DNA from: an uncultured Bacteroidales bacterium
GTDB lineage: Bacteria > Bacteroidota > Bacteroidia > Bacteroidales > DASQZP01
Direction: 5' to 3'
DNA: 64,000 bases
Assembly: GCA_963783315.1 (NCBI GenBank)
Contig: CAWAMZ010000008.1
Span: 4,023-68,022 of the forward strand
Under the pieces are notes generated by a model that did no database searches, was not told the DNA's origin, and was given only the letters and a program-made list of their open reading frames with translations. Positions 47,929-58,014 of the stretch are shown one piece after another (position 1 is the first letter of the stretch; every line of letters starts with the position of its first letter). The translations under genes and the position numbers were made by a program.

Positions 47929-50676
47929 ATGCAAATACCCGACTCAACATACCGGTTACAATTTAACTCCTCTTTCAGATTTGATGATGCAGAAAAGATA
48001 ATACCCTACCTAGCCGAAACGGGTATTTCAGCAATCTATGCATCACCGGTATTCCGGGCGCGACAAGGCAGCCAGCATGGTTATGATATTACTGACCCAA
48101 ACAGGATTAATCCGGAACTGGGAAGTGAAGAAGAATTTTACCACTTGCTGGATTCCTGTAAAAAATATGGCATGGGCTGGATTCAGGATATCGTACCTAA
48201 TCACATGGCATATGATTTTGATAATCACATGTTGATGGACGTTCTTGCCCATGGCCAAAAGTCTGCATTTGCTGGTTTTTTCGACATTACCTGGGAGGCT
48301 CACCAGGACAATTTTAAGAACAAGATCATGGCTCCTTTTCTGGGCCGGCCTTACGGCTATTGTATACAGGAAAATGAAATCAAACTTGCATTCACAAACA
48401 GGCTTATTGTGCAATATTATGATCATAAATTTCCCGTTCGCCCTGAATCTTACCGTATGGTATTGGATGCCGCTCAAATAAATGACCAGCACTTAATAAG
48501 ATTGCTTTATTCACAACTGGATGAGATCGTGAAAGCTGTTGACTCAGAGGAATATCAACAGCTTGTTGCAACATTTTACAAACAGCTTCAGGAAAGTTGT
48601 AAAGAGCATACATTCATTACAGCTATCAATAAAGCCACTGACAAGATTAATCAAACAGCTGTTCTTGCCGGAAAAGGCAATAAGCTCCATGAATTGTTAA
48701 AACAGCAACATTATCAACTTTGTTACTGGAAAGTATCCAATACAAGTAATAATTATCGCCGGTTTTTTACGATTAATGATCTTATCTCAGTAAGAAGCGA
48801 TTTTCCTGCAGTTTTCAAACAAACCCACCAACTGATAATACAACTGGTGCAGGAAGGGTATTTCACAGGCCTTCGTGTGGATCATATCGATGGATTGTAT
48901 TACCCACGACGTTATCTGAAGATGCTGCATGCAGAAACAAATGAATGCTTCCTGGTTGTTGAGAAAATTCTGGAAAGCTCCGAATATTTAGCAAACGACT
49001 GGCCTGTCGAAGGAACTACCGGTTACGATGCACTGATACGAATTAACAGCCTGTTTATTAATCCGAAAGCTGGAGTGCATTTCGACCGGCATTTCCGGAC
49101 TTTACAACCTGATGACAGAAATCCTTCAGAAATAATAGCTGAAAAAAAAAGAAACATGCTGGTTAACAACCTGAACGGACATTTAAGTTCCCTGGTAAAA
49201 ATGTTTCAGAAGCCGGTGTGGAATCAGATAAAAGGCACAGATGCCAGTGTGGAAAATATTAAGGAAGCCATTGTGCTGTTTTTGTCTTACCTGCCTGTAT
49301 ACAGAACCTACATTACACCAACCAGAATTTCAGAAAAAGACCGCCGGTTGATAATGGAAACACTCGACCGGTGCCATGAAAAAGCTCCACAGCTCGGGCA
49401 TGTGATTACATGTCTTGGCAATTTGCTGTTGCAGGAAGAAAAACAACAACTAACTGGTAGCCAGAAAGAAGCCATGATTCATGCAGTTATGCGACTTCAG
49501 CAACTTTCAGGCCCGCTTATGGCTAAGGGAGTTGAGGATACTCTGTTTTATGATTATTATCCGCTCCTTTCCATGAATGAAGTAGGTGGAAATCCTTTTG
49601 AGTACGGGATAAGCAGGGATTCATTTCATTCCTTCTTTATCCGTCGCATGAAAAAGTATCCTTTCAGCTTAAATGCATCAGCAACCCACGATACCAAGCG
49701 CGGCGAAGATGTCAGGGCGAGACTGAACGTACTCAGCAAAATTCCGGACTTGTTCATTGAAAAATATACTGCATGGCAACAGCTTGCATTTAGTGAAGGC
49801 GCTAACAATTCTGATAATGTACCGGACCCTCTTATTCTATATGCCCTTTTTCAAACTATTCTGGGAACATTTCCTGCTGATTTAATGACCGAACCCGACT
49901 ATCCTGTCAGGATAAAGGAATACATGATTAAATTTGTGAGGGAGGGTAAACGGTTTTCTTCATGGATTGATCCTGACGAAACATGTGAAGAAGAAATCAA
50001 AAATTTTACGGATAAAGTGCTGGAACCCGGATCTCCGTTTCTTCTGACAATCACTGATCTTCTTTCAGAAATACTTTTTACCGGACTGATAAATTCTTTA
50101 TCACAGCTGGTTCTGAAATCATTGCTTCCCGGTATTCCAGATTTTTACCAGGGAACTGAATTAATCGATCTGAGTCTTGTTGATCCGGATAACCGGAGGC
50201 CAGTTGACTATACTCAAAGGATGCAAAACCTCACAGAAATAAAAAAGGACGGCTTAAACCCGGAACAATTGATCAAATGGTTACATCAACCATCCGGCGG
50301 ATTGTTGAAACAATTTATCATGGTCAGGCTGTTAAACCTTCGAAAACAAAATAAGGATCTATTCAGGAAAGGCAGATACATACCTGTTGACATAACGGGT
50401 AATCAACCGGATCATTTTATTGCCTTCACAAGAGAATACAGTAAAAAACATTTACTGGTGGTTGTTCCTGTTCCTTCCCAAACCTTGACCGGTCAAAATA
50501 ATAAAATTAATCTGGCTGCATCCGGTACTGCAACTCTTAATATGAGACATAAAAGAGTTTTAAACTGGTACAATGTGCTGACGGGAAAAACCAGCCAGTT
50601 AAAAGGCAATGTTTCAGTTGAAGAATTATTGGATCGAATACCGTTTGGAATTTGGCTCTGCACTGATTTTGAGTAA
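47929..50676 (+). CDS. treY: Malto-oligosyltrehalose synthase (GH13)
   Basis: 915 aa. STYRLQFN, IYASPVF, QDIVPNHMA, GLRVDHIDGL, ATHDTKRGEDVR. Confidence 0.9.
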   Translation: MQIPDSTYRLQFNSSFRFDDAEKIIPYLAETGISAIYASPVFRARQGSQHGYDITDPNRINPELGSEEEFYHLLDSCKKYGMGWIQDIVPNHMAYDFDNHMLMDVLAHGQKSAFAGFFDITWEAHQDNFKNKIMAPFLGRPYGYCIQENEIKLAFTNRLIVQYYDHKFPVRPESYRMVLDAAQINDQHLIRLLYSQLDEIVKAVDSEEYQQLVATFYKQLQESCKEHTFITAINKATDKINQTAVLAGKGNKLHELLKQQHYQLCYWKVSNTSNNYRRFFTINDLISVRSDFPAVFKQTHQLIIQLVQEGYFTGLRVDHIDGLYYPRRYLKMLHAETNECFLVVEKILESSEYLANDWPVEGTTGYDALIRINSLFINPKAGVHFDRHFRTLQPDDRNPSEIIAEKKRNMLVNNLNGHLSSLVKMFQKPVWNQIKGTDASVENIKEAIVLFLSYLPVYRTYITPTRISEKDRRLIMETLDRCHEKAPQLGHVITCLGNLLLQEEKQQLTGSQKEAMIHAVMRLQQLSGPLMAKGVEDTLFYDYYPLLSMNEVGGNPFEYGISRDSFHSFFIRRMKKYPFSLNASATHDTKRGEDVRARLNVLSKIPDLFIEKYTAWQQLAFSEGANNSDNVPDPLILYALFQTILGTFPADLMTEPDYPVRIKEYMIKFVREGKRFSSWIDPDETCEEEIKNFTDKVLEPGSPFLLTITDLLSEILFTGLINSLSQLVLKSLLPGIPDFYQGTELIDLSLVDPDNRRPVDYTQRMQNLTEIKKDGLNPEQLIKWLHQPSGGLLKQFIMVRLLNLRKQNKDLFRKGRYIPVDITGNQPDHFIAFTREYSKKHLLVVVPVPSQTLTGQNNKINLAASGTATLNMRHKRVLNWYNVLTGKTSQLKGNVSVEELLDRIPFGIWLCTDFE

Positions 50677-50690
50677 ACTAAAAGTAATTT

Positions 50691-52202
50691 ATGACAAAAA
50701 GAAACAGCGGAATATTATTACATATTTCCTCCTTGCCGGGAGATTATGGTATTGGAGATTTTGGTGAAGAAGCATACCGGTTTGCAGATTTTCTGGAGGC
50801 AGCCAGTGTATTTTCATGGCAGGTTCTCCCGCTCAATCCAACTGATCTGATTATGGGAAACTCTCCCTATTCCAGCTCCTCAGCTTTTGCACTGAACCCG
50901 CTTCTTGTCAGTCCGGCTAAATTGTTCGAAGATGGTTTGTTAAGTAAGGAGGATGTGGAAGAAATACCTTACCTCTCTTTCAGAAAAGTAGACTATAAAA
51001 AAGTGATACGGTTTAAAACCACACTGCTTTATAAAGCCTACGAAAATTTTGTCATGCAGACTTCAAACGATGATTTTCTTTCTTTTTGTGAAGAAGCGAA
51101 TTTCTGGCTGGATGATTTTGCTCTGTTTCAGGTTCTGCGTAATCATTATAAAGGCATTGAATGGAACAAATGGCCCAAAGACCTTCGCGACAGAAAGGAA
51201 AGTGCCATGAAGAAAGCTGTACTGGAAAATGCAGAAGCTGTTACCAGAGAAAAATTCATTCAGTATATCGCATACAGACAATGGTTTGGTTTGAAAAATT
51301 ATTGCAATCAGAAGGGCATTCAGTTAATCGGAGATATTCCTATTTATGTGCAGTTTAACAGTGCGGATGTTTGGGCCAATCAGGCCAATTTTAAGCTGGA
51401 CCGGAAGAAAAAACCAGTAGAAGTAGCAGGAGTTCCTCCGGATTACTTCAGTGAAACAGGACAATTATGGGGTAATCCAGTATATGACTGGCGAACGCTC
51501 AAAAAAAATGATTTTAGCTGGTGGGTTAACAGGATGACTTTAAACTTAAAGCTTTTTGACAGGGTCAGAATTGATCATTTCAGGGGTCTGGTTGCTTACT
51601 GGTCAGTAAAGGCAGGAGAAAAAACAGCAGTGAATGGTGTATGGAAGGAAGTACCCGCCGAACTATTATTTGGCACATTCAGAAAGAAATTTAAGGAACT
51701 GCCATTAATAGCAGAGGATCTTGGGATGATTACTCCGGATGTTGTTGCCTTTTTGGAAAAGACAGGATTTCCGGGAATGAGGGTGCTGCAGTTTGGTTTT
51801 ATGGGTAATAATCCTGACGATGCATATCTGCCACATAATTACATCCACAATACAGTTGCCTATACAGGTACCCATGATAATAATACGCTTAGAGGCTGGT
51901 ATACCAGAGAACTGAATATTGCTGATCACCAGCGCATTTCACAATACCTGGGGAAAAAAGCCGGTATTTCAGTTGTCCATAAAGAACTCATCAGGCTGAT
52001 GATATTTTCAGTAGCTGATACAGTTATTTTTCCACTTCAGGATTTGCTGGGTGCCGGACAGCGCGCCAGAATGAACCGTCCCGGAAAAGCCAAACATAAC
52101 TGGGAATGGAGATTCAAAAAAGATGAACTAAACAGCAGTTTAAGCGACTGGTTGCATGTGATTAATGAGCTTTCTGGCAGGAATAAGCCCTTTTCTGCAT
52201 AA
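50691..52202 (+). CDS. malQ: 4-alpha-glucanotransferase (amylomaltase, GH77)
   Basis: 503 aa. RNSGILLHISSLPG, GDIPIYV, RIDHFRG, AYTGTHDN. Confidence 0.9.
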   Translation: MTKRNSGILLHISSLPGDYGIGDFGEEAYRFADFLEAASVFSWQVLPLNPTDLIMGNSPYSSSSAFALNPLLVSPAKLFEDGLLSKEDVEEIPYLSFRKVDYKKVIRFKTTLLYKAYENFVMQTSNDDFLSFCEEANFWLDDFALFQVLRNHYKGIEWNKWPKDLRDRKESAMKKAVLENAEAVTREKFIQYIAYRQWFGLKNYCNQKGIQLIGDIPIYVQFNSADVWANQANFKLDRKKKPVEVAGVPPDYFSETGQLWGNPVYDWRTLKKNDFSWWVNRMTLNLKLFDRVRIDHFRGLVAYWSVKAGEKTAVNGVWKEVPAELLFGTFRKKFKELPLIAEDLGMITPDVVAFLEKTGFPGMRVLQFGFMGNNPDDAYLPHNYIHNTVAYTGTHDNNTLRGWYTRELNIADHQRISQYLGKKAGISVVHKELIRLMIFSVADTVIFPLQDLLGAGQRARMNRPGKAKHNWEWRFKKDELNSSLSDWLHVINELSGRNKPFSA

Positions 52203-52222
52203 TATTCAGCCAATGAACAGAA

Positions 52223-52972
52223 TTAATTGAGCAATTGTAAAAGTGAACAGGTAAGATGCCCAAATACCAGTCCGAAAAAATTGATAAAGAGCACAAAAAT
52301 AATTGTTGTGGGTATGAGAGCCTTTTTATGGCTTAGCAGATAGAAAAACACAATCTCAAATACAATTATAATGAGTATGTTTATCATACCGGCAGGAATT
52401 GGTGACAAAAAAAGAAAAGGCACGGTAACAAGATTAAACAGCGGAATATAACCAAAAAACCAGCCCGGAAAGTTAAAAATACCAGCAAGGATCAAAGCCA
52501 CAACCAGCATAACTCCTGTAAAAATAAAATAGGCTGTAATTGTTTCAGAAAGCTTGTGTAAAAAATCCACCAGCTTTCCCATTACTGGTTTAACATCAAT
52601 AGTGGCAACGTTATGCTGCACCATGACACGGAAAAACTGTTTTTCAGCGGAAATACCAAAAACATTACTGTATGTGATTTCTCCGTCATTTATATCCACA
52701 ATGCGGTTGTAATCATAATAATTATCAGAAGAAACGGAACACCAGGCACCTGAACATCTTAACGGAAGCAGGATGGTATTCTGATTCAGTGTATCCGATA
52801 ATTCCGGATTATCGTTTACCGAGCTCAGTAAATACAAAGACTGATACTGGCCGGAAGAATTCAGCATACTGATCCTGAAATGGACCTTATCGGACTGCCC
52901 TCCTCCACAAGATAAAGAAAAACTCCCTGAAAAAAACTGAAACAGGATCAGGAACAAAGAAACTGCTGACAT
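52223..52972 (-). CDS. Lipoprotein-like polytopic membrane protein, unknown function
   Basis: Signal/lipobox SLSCGG, a soluble domain, then four TM helices. Confidence 0.5.
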   Translation of the reverse strand: MSAVSLFLILFQFFSGSFSLSCGGGQSDKVHFRISMLNSSGQYQSLYLLSSVNDNPELSDTLNQNTILLPLRCSGAWCSVSSDNYYDYNRIVDINDGEITYSNVFGISAEKQFFRVMVQHNVATIDVKPVMGKLVDFLHKLSETITAYFIFTGVMLVVALILAGIFNFPGWFFGYIPLFNLVTVPFLFLSPIPAGMINILIIIVFEIVFFYLLSHKKALIPTTIIFVLFINFFGLVFGHLTCSLLQLLN

Positions 52973-53416
52973 GATTTTACATTGTACAAATGATCACATT
53001 TACAAAAATACAATTAAATCTATATTTCCCTATTATTTTGGATAATGATGATGATAAACTTCCAGGAATTTTAAGAACATTCTTATTACCGGACTGGATG
53101 AAAAATTGTTTGTGAAAATCCGGTTCGAATAATTACAATTTAAAAGTCCATCATCCCGGTACTATTAATATCCTGTAAATTTTATAAGAAAAATCACCAA
53201 CCTTTTACTTTTAGTTATATTGTGTAATTTTCTTCATAAACCGTTTAAAATCGCTGACAAACAAAAATTTAATGTTGTTTTCGTATCCATTTAATACTGC
53301 ATTACGTAAACAGAATAAAAGCTTTAACTTTTACTATTAATCATTAACAAACAATTTAATATATCAAAACCAGTAATACTACAATTTAATATTTTTTCAG
53401 GTTAAAGGTTTATATT

Positions 53417-54250
53417 ATGGAAACCACTAAAACAAGAACCATATTAATTCCCTGGGACTTCACAAGACTCTCTGAAGCTTCACTTGAGTATGCCTCTCGG
53501 GTATCAATGGTAACTAAAGACAAAATTGCCATGGTACACATCCTTAATAACGGAAAGAGTGAAGAAGAGGTACGCAATCTGATGGTGCCAATTGCACGTG
53601 AAGCAATGGAGAAATATGGAATTCAGCCCGAGATTATTGTTCGCAAAGGACATATCTATAAGACTATCACTGATATTGCATCCAGGGAACTGGATACCTC
53701 ACTGGTGATCATGAAAACAGATGGTCCGCATGGCATACAGCGCTACACAGGAAGCCGGGCAATAAAAATTATTTCAGGTGCCAAAGTTCCTTTTATCGTG
53801 ATTCAGGAGCCTCCAAAAAGAGAGGAAATTCTTAAAATTGTTTCTCCTGTGGATTTCAGGACTGAGAACAAGGAAAAACTCAACTGGATACTCTATTTAC
53901 GCAAGTATTACAAGAATAAAATATTGCTTTACAAACCCAAGGTTAATGATCTGGGACTGAAAAGAAATATTTCAAACAATATAATGTTTGCCAGGCAGAC
54001 CCTGGACAAATACAACATTGATTATGAGATACACACGGCTGAAGGCCGTACTGATTTCACTACTGAAACCATTGAGTTTGCACATAACAGTGATGCAGAT
54101 CTCATTCTGATCATGTTGTCAAAATACATCGGAATAACTGATTATTTAATGGGTCTTAAAGAACAAAAAACCATTACCAATGCCTATAAGATCCCTGTAA
54201 TGTGCCTTAATCCAAGGACAGACCTGAGAATTTATGGTACATTCCAGTAA
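53417..54250 (+). CDS. Tandem universal stress protein (UspA family)
   Basis: 277 aa, two Usp-like halves. Confidence 0.75.
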   Translation: METTKTRTILIPWDFTRLSEASLEYASRVSMVTKDKIAMVHILNNGKSEEEVRNLMVPIAREAMEKYGIQPEIIVRKGHIYKTITDIASRELDTSLVIMKTDGPHGIQRYTGSRAIKIISGAKVPFIVIQEPPKREEILKIVSPVDFRTENKEKLNWILYLRKYYKNKILLYKPKVNDLGLKRNISNNIMFARQTLDKYNIDYEIHTAEGRTDFTTETIEFAHNSDADLILIMLSKYIGITDYLMGLKEQKTITNAYKIPVMCLNPRTDLRIYGTFQ

Positions 54251-54442
54251 AAAAAGCTTTGCTCAACCTGATAAAAAACCCGGATCAAAAAGAAAAATAA
54301 TTTTTATTAAATAAATATACAGATGTATGATCATCTGCAAAATCATTCTGTAAAGGGCTTTGCAAGCTTATAATAATTTATAATATAAATAATTACAAAT
54401 TTACTTGACAACAGACTAATAATTTCCGTAACTTTGTATATA

Positions 54443-54549
54443 GTCACATAAAAGTAAATATTCTTAAAGAATATATCTTTTCGGCTTAGGTTTATAATGT
54501 TCAGATTCCCGCAAGCAGGACTTGAAAATTCAAGTCCTGCTTGTTTTTT
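54443..54549 (+). ncRNA. Candidate ~105-nt small RNA (promoter-like box to intrinsic terminator)
   Basis: TAACTTTG -7-like box at 54429-54436. Internal hairpin ATATTCTT-AA-AGAATAT. Strong terminator CAAGCAGGACTTGA-AAAT-TCAAGTCCTGCTTG plus TTTTTT at 54512-54549. No ORF. Confidence 0.25.
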
Positions 54550-54574
54550 AGCAGCCTTATTTCTGTAAAATAAT

Positions 54575-55330
54575 TCAGATCACTGTATAATCTGATTCCC
54601 TAATCCATCCTTTATTACCATTACTTATTCTGATCTCTCTCCATTCGCCCAGGGAATCTTCCACAGAAACCTTTGTCCCTTCATGGAGCATAAACAGTTC
54701 TGTTCCACTCATATCAGGTGAGCTTTTCACTGTTACAGACGGACTCATGATGATTGCCTGACTCTTAGCATTTAGCAACTCAGATTGTTTGTGTCCCATA
54801 ATAAAGGAAAGAACAGAAACCACAAACAAAATTGTTCCCAGCCAGAAAGTTATTTTCTTAACAGTAAGCAAGCGCGAGAAAAGGTAGAGGCCAAAAAGCA
54901 ATAAAAAGAGTGCAAATGCAACCAGACTCATATATCCCCAGTTATCAGCAGACATGCTTCCCCGGATGGCATTCCACCAGCGGGTCATGAAGAATTGCGG
55001 AACTGTATCAATTTTATCAATTATCTGCGAACGTGCAAGGTTCAGATTAAAGTTAATTTCATCATCGTTCGGAGACAGCTGGTGTGCCCTTTCATAATAA
55101 AGAATAGCGTGGGACATGTCATTGGTTTTATAATATGCATTTCCCAGGTTGAAATATAACTCAGAGGCTACATACCCCGCCTGTATCACATCCAGATATG
55201 ACTGAATGGCCTTTTCATATCGTGCATTCGCATACTCCTGGTTGGCAGAGTCCAGCAGTACCTGGTAGTTGTCAGCTGCCATCATATTTATTGATAGCAA
55301 TGATAACAATATAATGATAAGTCGTTTCAT
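54575..55330 (-). CDS. batE: BatE-like TPR plus SH3 domain membrane protein
   Basis: Signal peptide, TPR repeats, TM helices, C-terminal SH3-like GEWREIRISNGNKGWI. ATG at 55330. Confidence 0.75.
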   Translation of the reverse strand: MKRLIIILLSLLSINMMAADNYQVLLDSANQEYANARYEKAIQSYLDVIQAGYVASELYFNLGNAYYKTNDMSHAILYYERAHQLSPNDDEINFNLNLARSQIIDKIDTVPQFFMTRWWNAIRGSMSADNWGYMSLVAFALFLLLFGLYLFSRLLTVKKITFWLGTILFVVSVLSFIMGHKQSELLNAKSQAIIMSPSVTVKSSPDMSGTELFMLHEGTKVSVEDSLGEWREIRISNGNKGWIRESDYTVI

Positions 55331-55367
55331 AATTTTCTTTTTTTCATTTAAAAAGAGTACCCACACA

Positions 55368-57185
55368 TTACTTGATTTTCTGGTCAATTTTACCAAGTAT
55401 TCTGACCGCTTCTTCATATATTTTGTCCATTCTTGCTGCTTCCTGAGCAGGTGCGTATTGGGCAAATTCGCAAGCATCAATGAGTTCCATAAAAGAATTT
55501 ATATTTTCTTCGTCAGCACCATGGTCAGAAAGTACCTGACGCGCAGAGTCGCGGGAAAGAGAAGAAACAGGAATACTGAGCTTATCGCTGAGATATCCCC
55601 AGATGGCCTGTAATACTTCGGTATAAAAATGCCCGGAATCATTAGCTTTTAAATAGCCAGCAGCCTTTTTCAGCCGTTTTCTCGCAAATTTATTTGCTTT
55701 TCTGTGACGCAGCAATGCAACATTGCGGTTTTCGCGTATTTTTTTTCTCCGGACAATCACAAGTATGATAAAAACAACCAGCGCAAATACATAAGCAAGG
55801 TAGAAGAGCGGCCGGATGAAAATTGTCTCTCCCTTCTTATGCAATACAATGTTACCTGTTTTAATGTATCGTATATCATTTCCAATCAGTTGTACATCTT
55901 CTTTTGAAAACGATGATGAACTGGTAGTATTTTCGCCCTGTCCTTTGCTTACATCAATATTGAACTCTTTTGAAGTCAGCGTATTAAATTTTCCGGTTGA
56001 AGGATCAAAATAGCTGAAAGTTACAGGTGCAATTCTGTATTTACCCTGATGCCTGGGAATTAGGATATACTCAAATGTCTTGGTGCCTGTTGAACCTGAA
56101 ACAGAATTATGTATGTTTGAGGAAACCTTGGGATCATACGCTTCAAAACTGGGAGGAAAATTCAGTTTGGGAGCTTCCACGAGGGCAATATTTCCATTAC
56201 CCGTAATGCTAAGCTTTAGTGTCACGGCATCATTTTCAGGAAGCTCAGTTCTGTCTATACTTGCATCCATTTTAAATGTTCCCACGGCACCGCCAAAATC
56301 AACCGGAGCACCCGCCGGTAATGGTTTAACTTTAATATGTACAGGCTGACTGACAGCTTTTTGCTCAACATTCTGATAGGATGATCCGAAAAAATCATCA
56401 AAAACACTGTGCTGCCCGCCCGTACGTTTCCTTATGATACAATCAGCCGTATAGGGATCAATTGTAATATCCCCGGTCTGTTGTGGAAAAAGTATATATT
56501 GCTTTATGGTACCAACGTTATAGACTTTACCATTTACATTTTCCTTGTGCAGGGATATTTGATTGGACGATTCTATATCCTGAGTGAAAAATCCTTTGAA
56601 TGAAGGATAGTCCATATTCTGGAACCCGGCCAGATCAAGCCGGGTGAATACCTTAATAGTTGCTATTATCTGTTCTCCCTGGTATACTGATTTTCTGTTT
56701 ACCAGAACCGCAGCAAATAAATCATCTGAATTGGCCGGAACTGAAGCGGTTTCCTGCTGTGATTTCCCGGGGGATTGCTGCTTAGACTGACTGGCTGCAG
56801 ACTCTCCTTTGACAACATCAACTTCTTTTGGTTCCGTTGTATATTTTTTACCATCAACAGTTACCGTTGCTGGTCCGATAGTAAATGTACCAACTTTATA
56901 TGCCTGCAGAAAATAGGTGTAAGAATAACTGTAACTCCTCGAGACCTTACCGTTAATTATTTGCATGCTGCTGCTACTGGAAGTACTGGGCCCGCCCAGG
57001 ATATTAAAATCACGCAAATCAGGCGGATCAAAAGCAGAAGGTTTTGCATTAACGGAGAAGGTTAACCTGAACTGATCACCGGTCGCCACAGCCCCGGGAA
57101 CAGATACCGAAAACTGCACATCCTGTGCTTGCAGAAAACCGGATATCAATAATAATGTAAATATACTTATGAGAATCTTTTTCAT
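55368..57185 (-). CDS. batD: BatD-like protein
   Basis: 605 aa. Signal peptide, repeated Ig-like segments, a TM helix and a cytoplasmic tail. Position in the bat operon. Confidence 0.75.
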   Translation of the reverse strand: MKKILISIFTLLLISGFLQAQDVQFSVSVPGAVATGDQFRLTFSVNAKPSAFDPPDLRDFNILGGPSTSSSSSMQIINGKVSRSYSYSYTYFLQAYKVGTFTIGPATVTVDGKKYTTEPKEVDVVKGESAASQSKQQSPGKSQQETASVPANSDDLFAAVLVNRKSVYQGEQIIATIKVFTRLDLAGFQNMDYPSFKGFFTQDIESSNQISLHKENVNGKVYNVGTIKQYILFPQQTGDITIDPYTADCIIRKRTGGQHSVFDDFFGSSYQNVEQKAVSQPVHIKVKPLPAGAPVDFGGAVGTFKMDASIDRTELPENDAVTLKLSITGNGNIALVEAPKLNFPPSFEAYDPKVSSNIHNSVSGSTGTKTFEYILIPRHQGKYRIAPVTFSYFDPSTGKFNTLTSKEFNIDVSKGQGENTTSSSSFSKEDVQLIGNDIRYIKTGNIVLHKKGETIFIRPLFYLAYVFALVVFIILVIVRRKKIRENRNVALLRHRKANKFARKRLKKAAGYLKANDSGHFYTEVLQAIWGYLSDKLSIPVSSLSRDSARQVLSDHGADEENINSFMELIDACEFAQYAPAQEAARMDKIYEEAVRILGKIDQKIK

Positions 57186-57254
57186 ACCAGATATAAATTA
57201 TTCATGTTTCATTACCTTTAAACAGCAAACAACATGAAGAAAAACAACTTTCTG

Positions 57255-58013
57255 TTACCAGTCAATATCAGTTTTCACCTTATTCTTCTGGGCCTTTTCT
57301 TTCTTTAGCTTCTCCTGCACCTTTTTCTCTTTATTTTCAATGGCCTGAAGAATGCGCTGTGCATCTTCCGGTGAAATTTTCATCTCTTTCGGATTGCCTT
57401 TCTGTTGATTTTGATCGGCCTTCTGCTGTTGCTGGTTTTGTTGTTGCTGCTGATTTTTTTGGTCCTGTTGTTGTTTATTTTGGTTATTCTGCTGGTCTTT
57501 ATTTTGTTGCTTCTTGTTCTGTTGCTGATTTTTATTCTGATCCTGCTGGTTTTTATTTTGTTGTTTTTGTTGCTGTTGCTTTTTAAGCAGCTCCTGAGCA
57601 TAAGCCAGGTTGTATTTTGTATCCATATCCTTCGCATTATTCCGAAGGGCATTCTTATAAGCATCAATGCTCTCTTCTATCTGTTTATCTTTTAATAATG
57701 CATTGCCCAGATTATGGTAAACCCTGGCTTTTGTAACCTTGTCCAGATCCATCTGTGAAAGGGAATTAAACTGTTTGGCCGCTTCCTTATAATTTTTTTG
57801 CTTATAAAGAGCATCTCCTATATTGAATGCCGCCTTCACCGATTCTGCATTTTTTTCTTCAGCCTTCCTGTATGCTATTTCGGCATCATTATATTTCTTA
57901 TCTTCATATAATTTATTCCCTTTTCTAATGTCATTCCTTCCCTTTTCCTGGGCAAACAGCGACACAGACAATCCACAGATCAGTAGAAGAAAAAGAGAAA
58001 TACGCTTCATCAT
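57255..58013 (-). CDS. batC: BatC-like TPR protein with a long Q/N/K-rich tract
   Basis: TPR repeats, then QQQQKQQNKNQQDQNKNQQQNKKQQNKDQQNNQNKQQQDQKNQQQQQNQQQQK. The ATG at 58013 lies 1 nt after the batB stop. Confidence 0.75.
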   Translation of the reverse strand: MMKRISLFLLLICGLSVSLFAQEKGRNDIRKGNKLYEDKKYNDAEIAYRKAEEKNAESVKAAFNIGDALYKQKNYKEAAKQFNSLSQMDLDKVTKARVYHNLGNALLKDKQIEESIDAYKNALRNNAKDMDTKYNLAYAQELLKKQQQQKQQNKNQQDQNKNQQQNKKQQNKDQQNNQNKQQQDQKNQQQQQNQQQQKADQNQQKGNPKEMKISPEDAQRILQAIENKEKKVQEKLKKEKAQKNKVKTDIDW

Positions 58014-58014
58014 A

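Noticed and set aside
53121-53129. tRNA-like T-loop sequence GGTTCGAAT
   Set aside because: The flanking sequence cannot form a T-stem, acceptor stem or anticodon arm. It is an isolated chance match in an AT-rich spacer.
57359-57695. Three 75-96 aa ORFs in alternative frames of the BatC Q/N tract
   Set aside because: They are artefacts of the low-complexity repeat (poly-Leu/Phe/Val or Lys/Asn peptides), with no independent signals.
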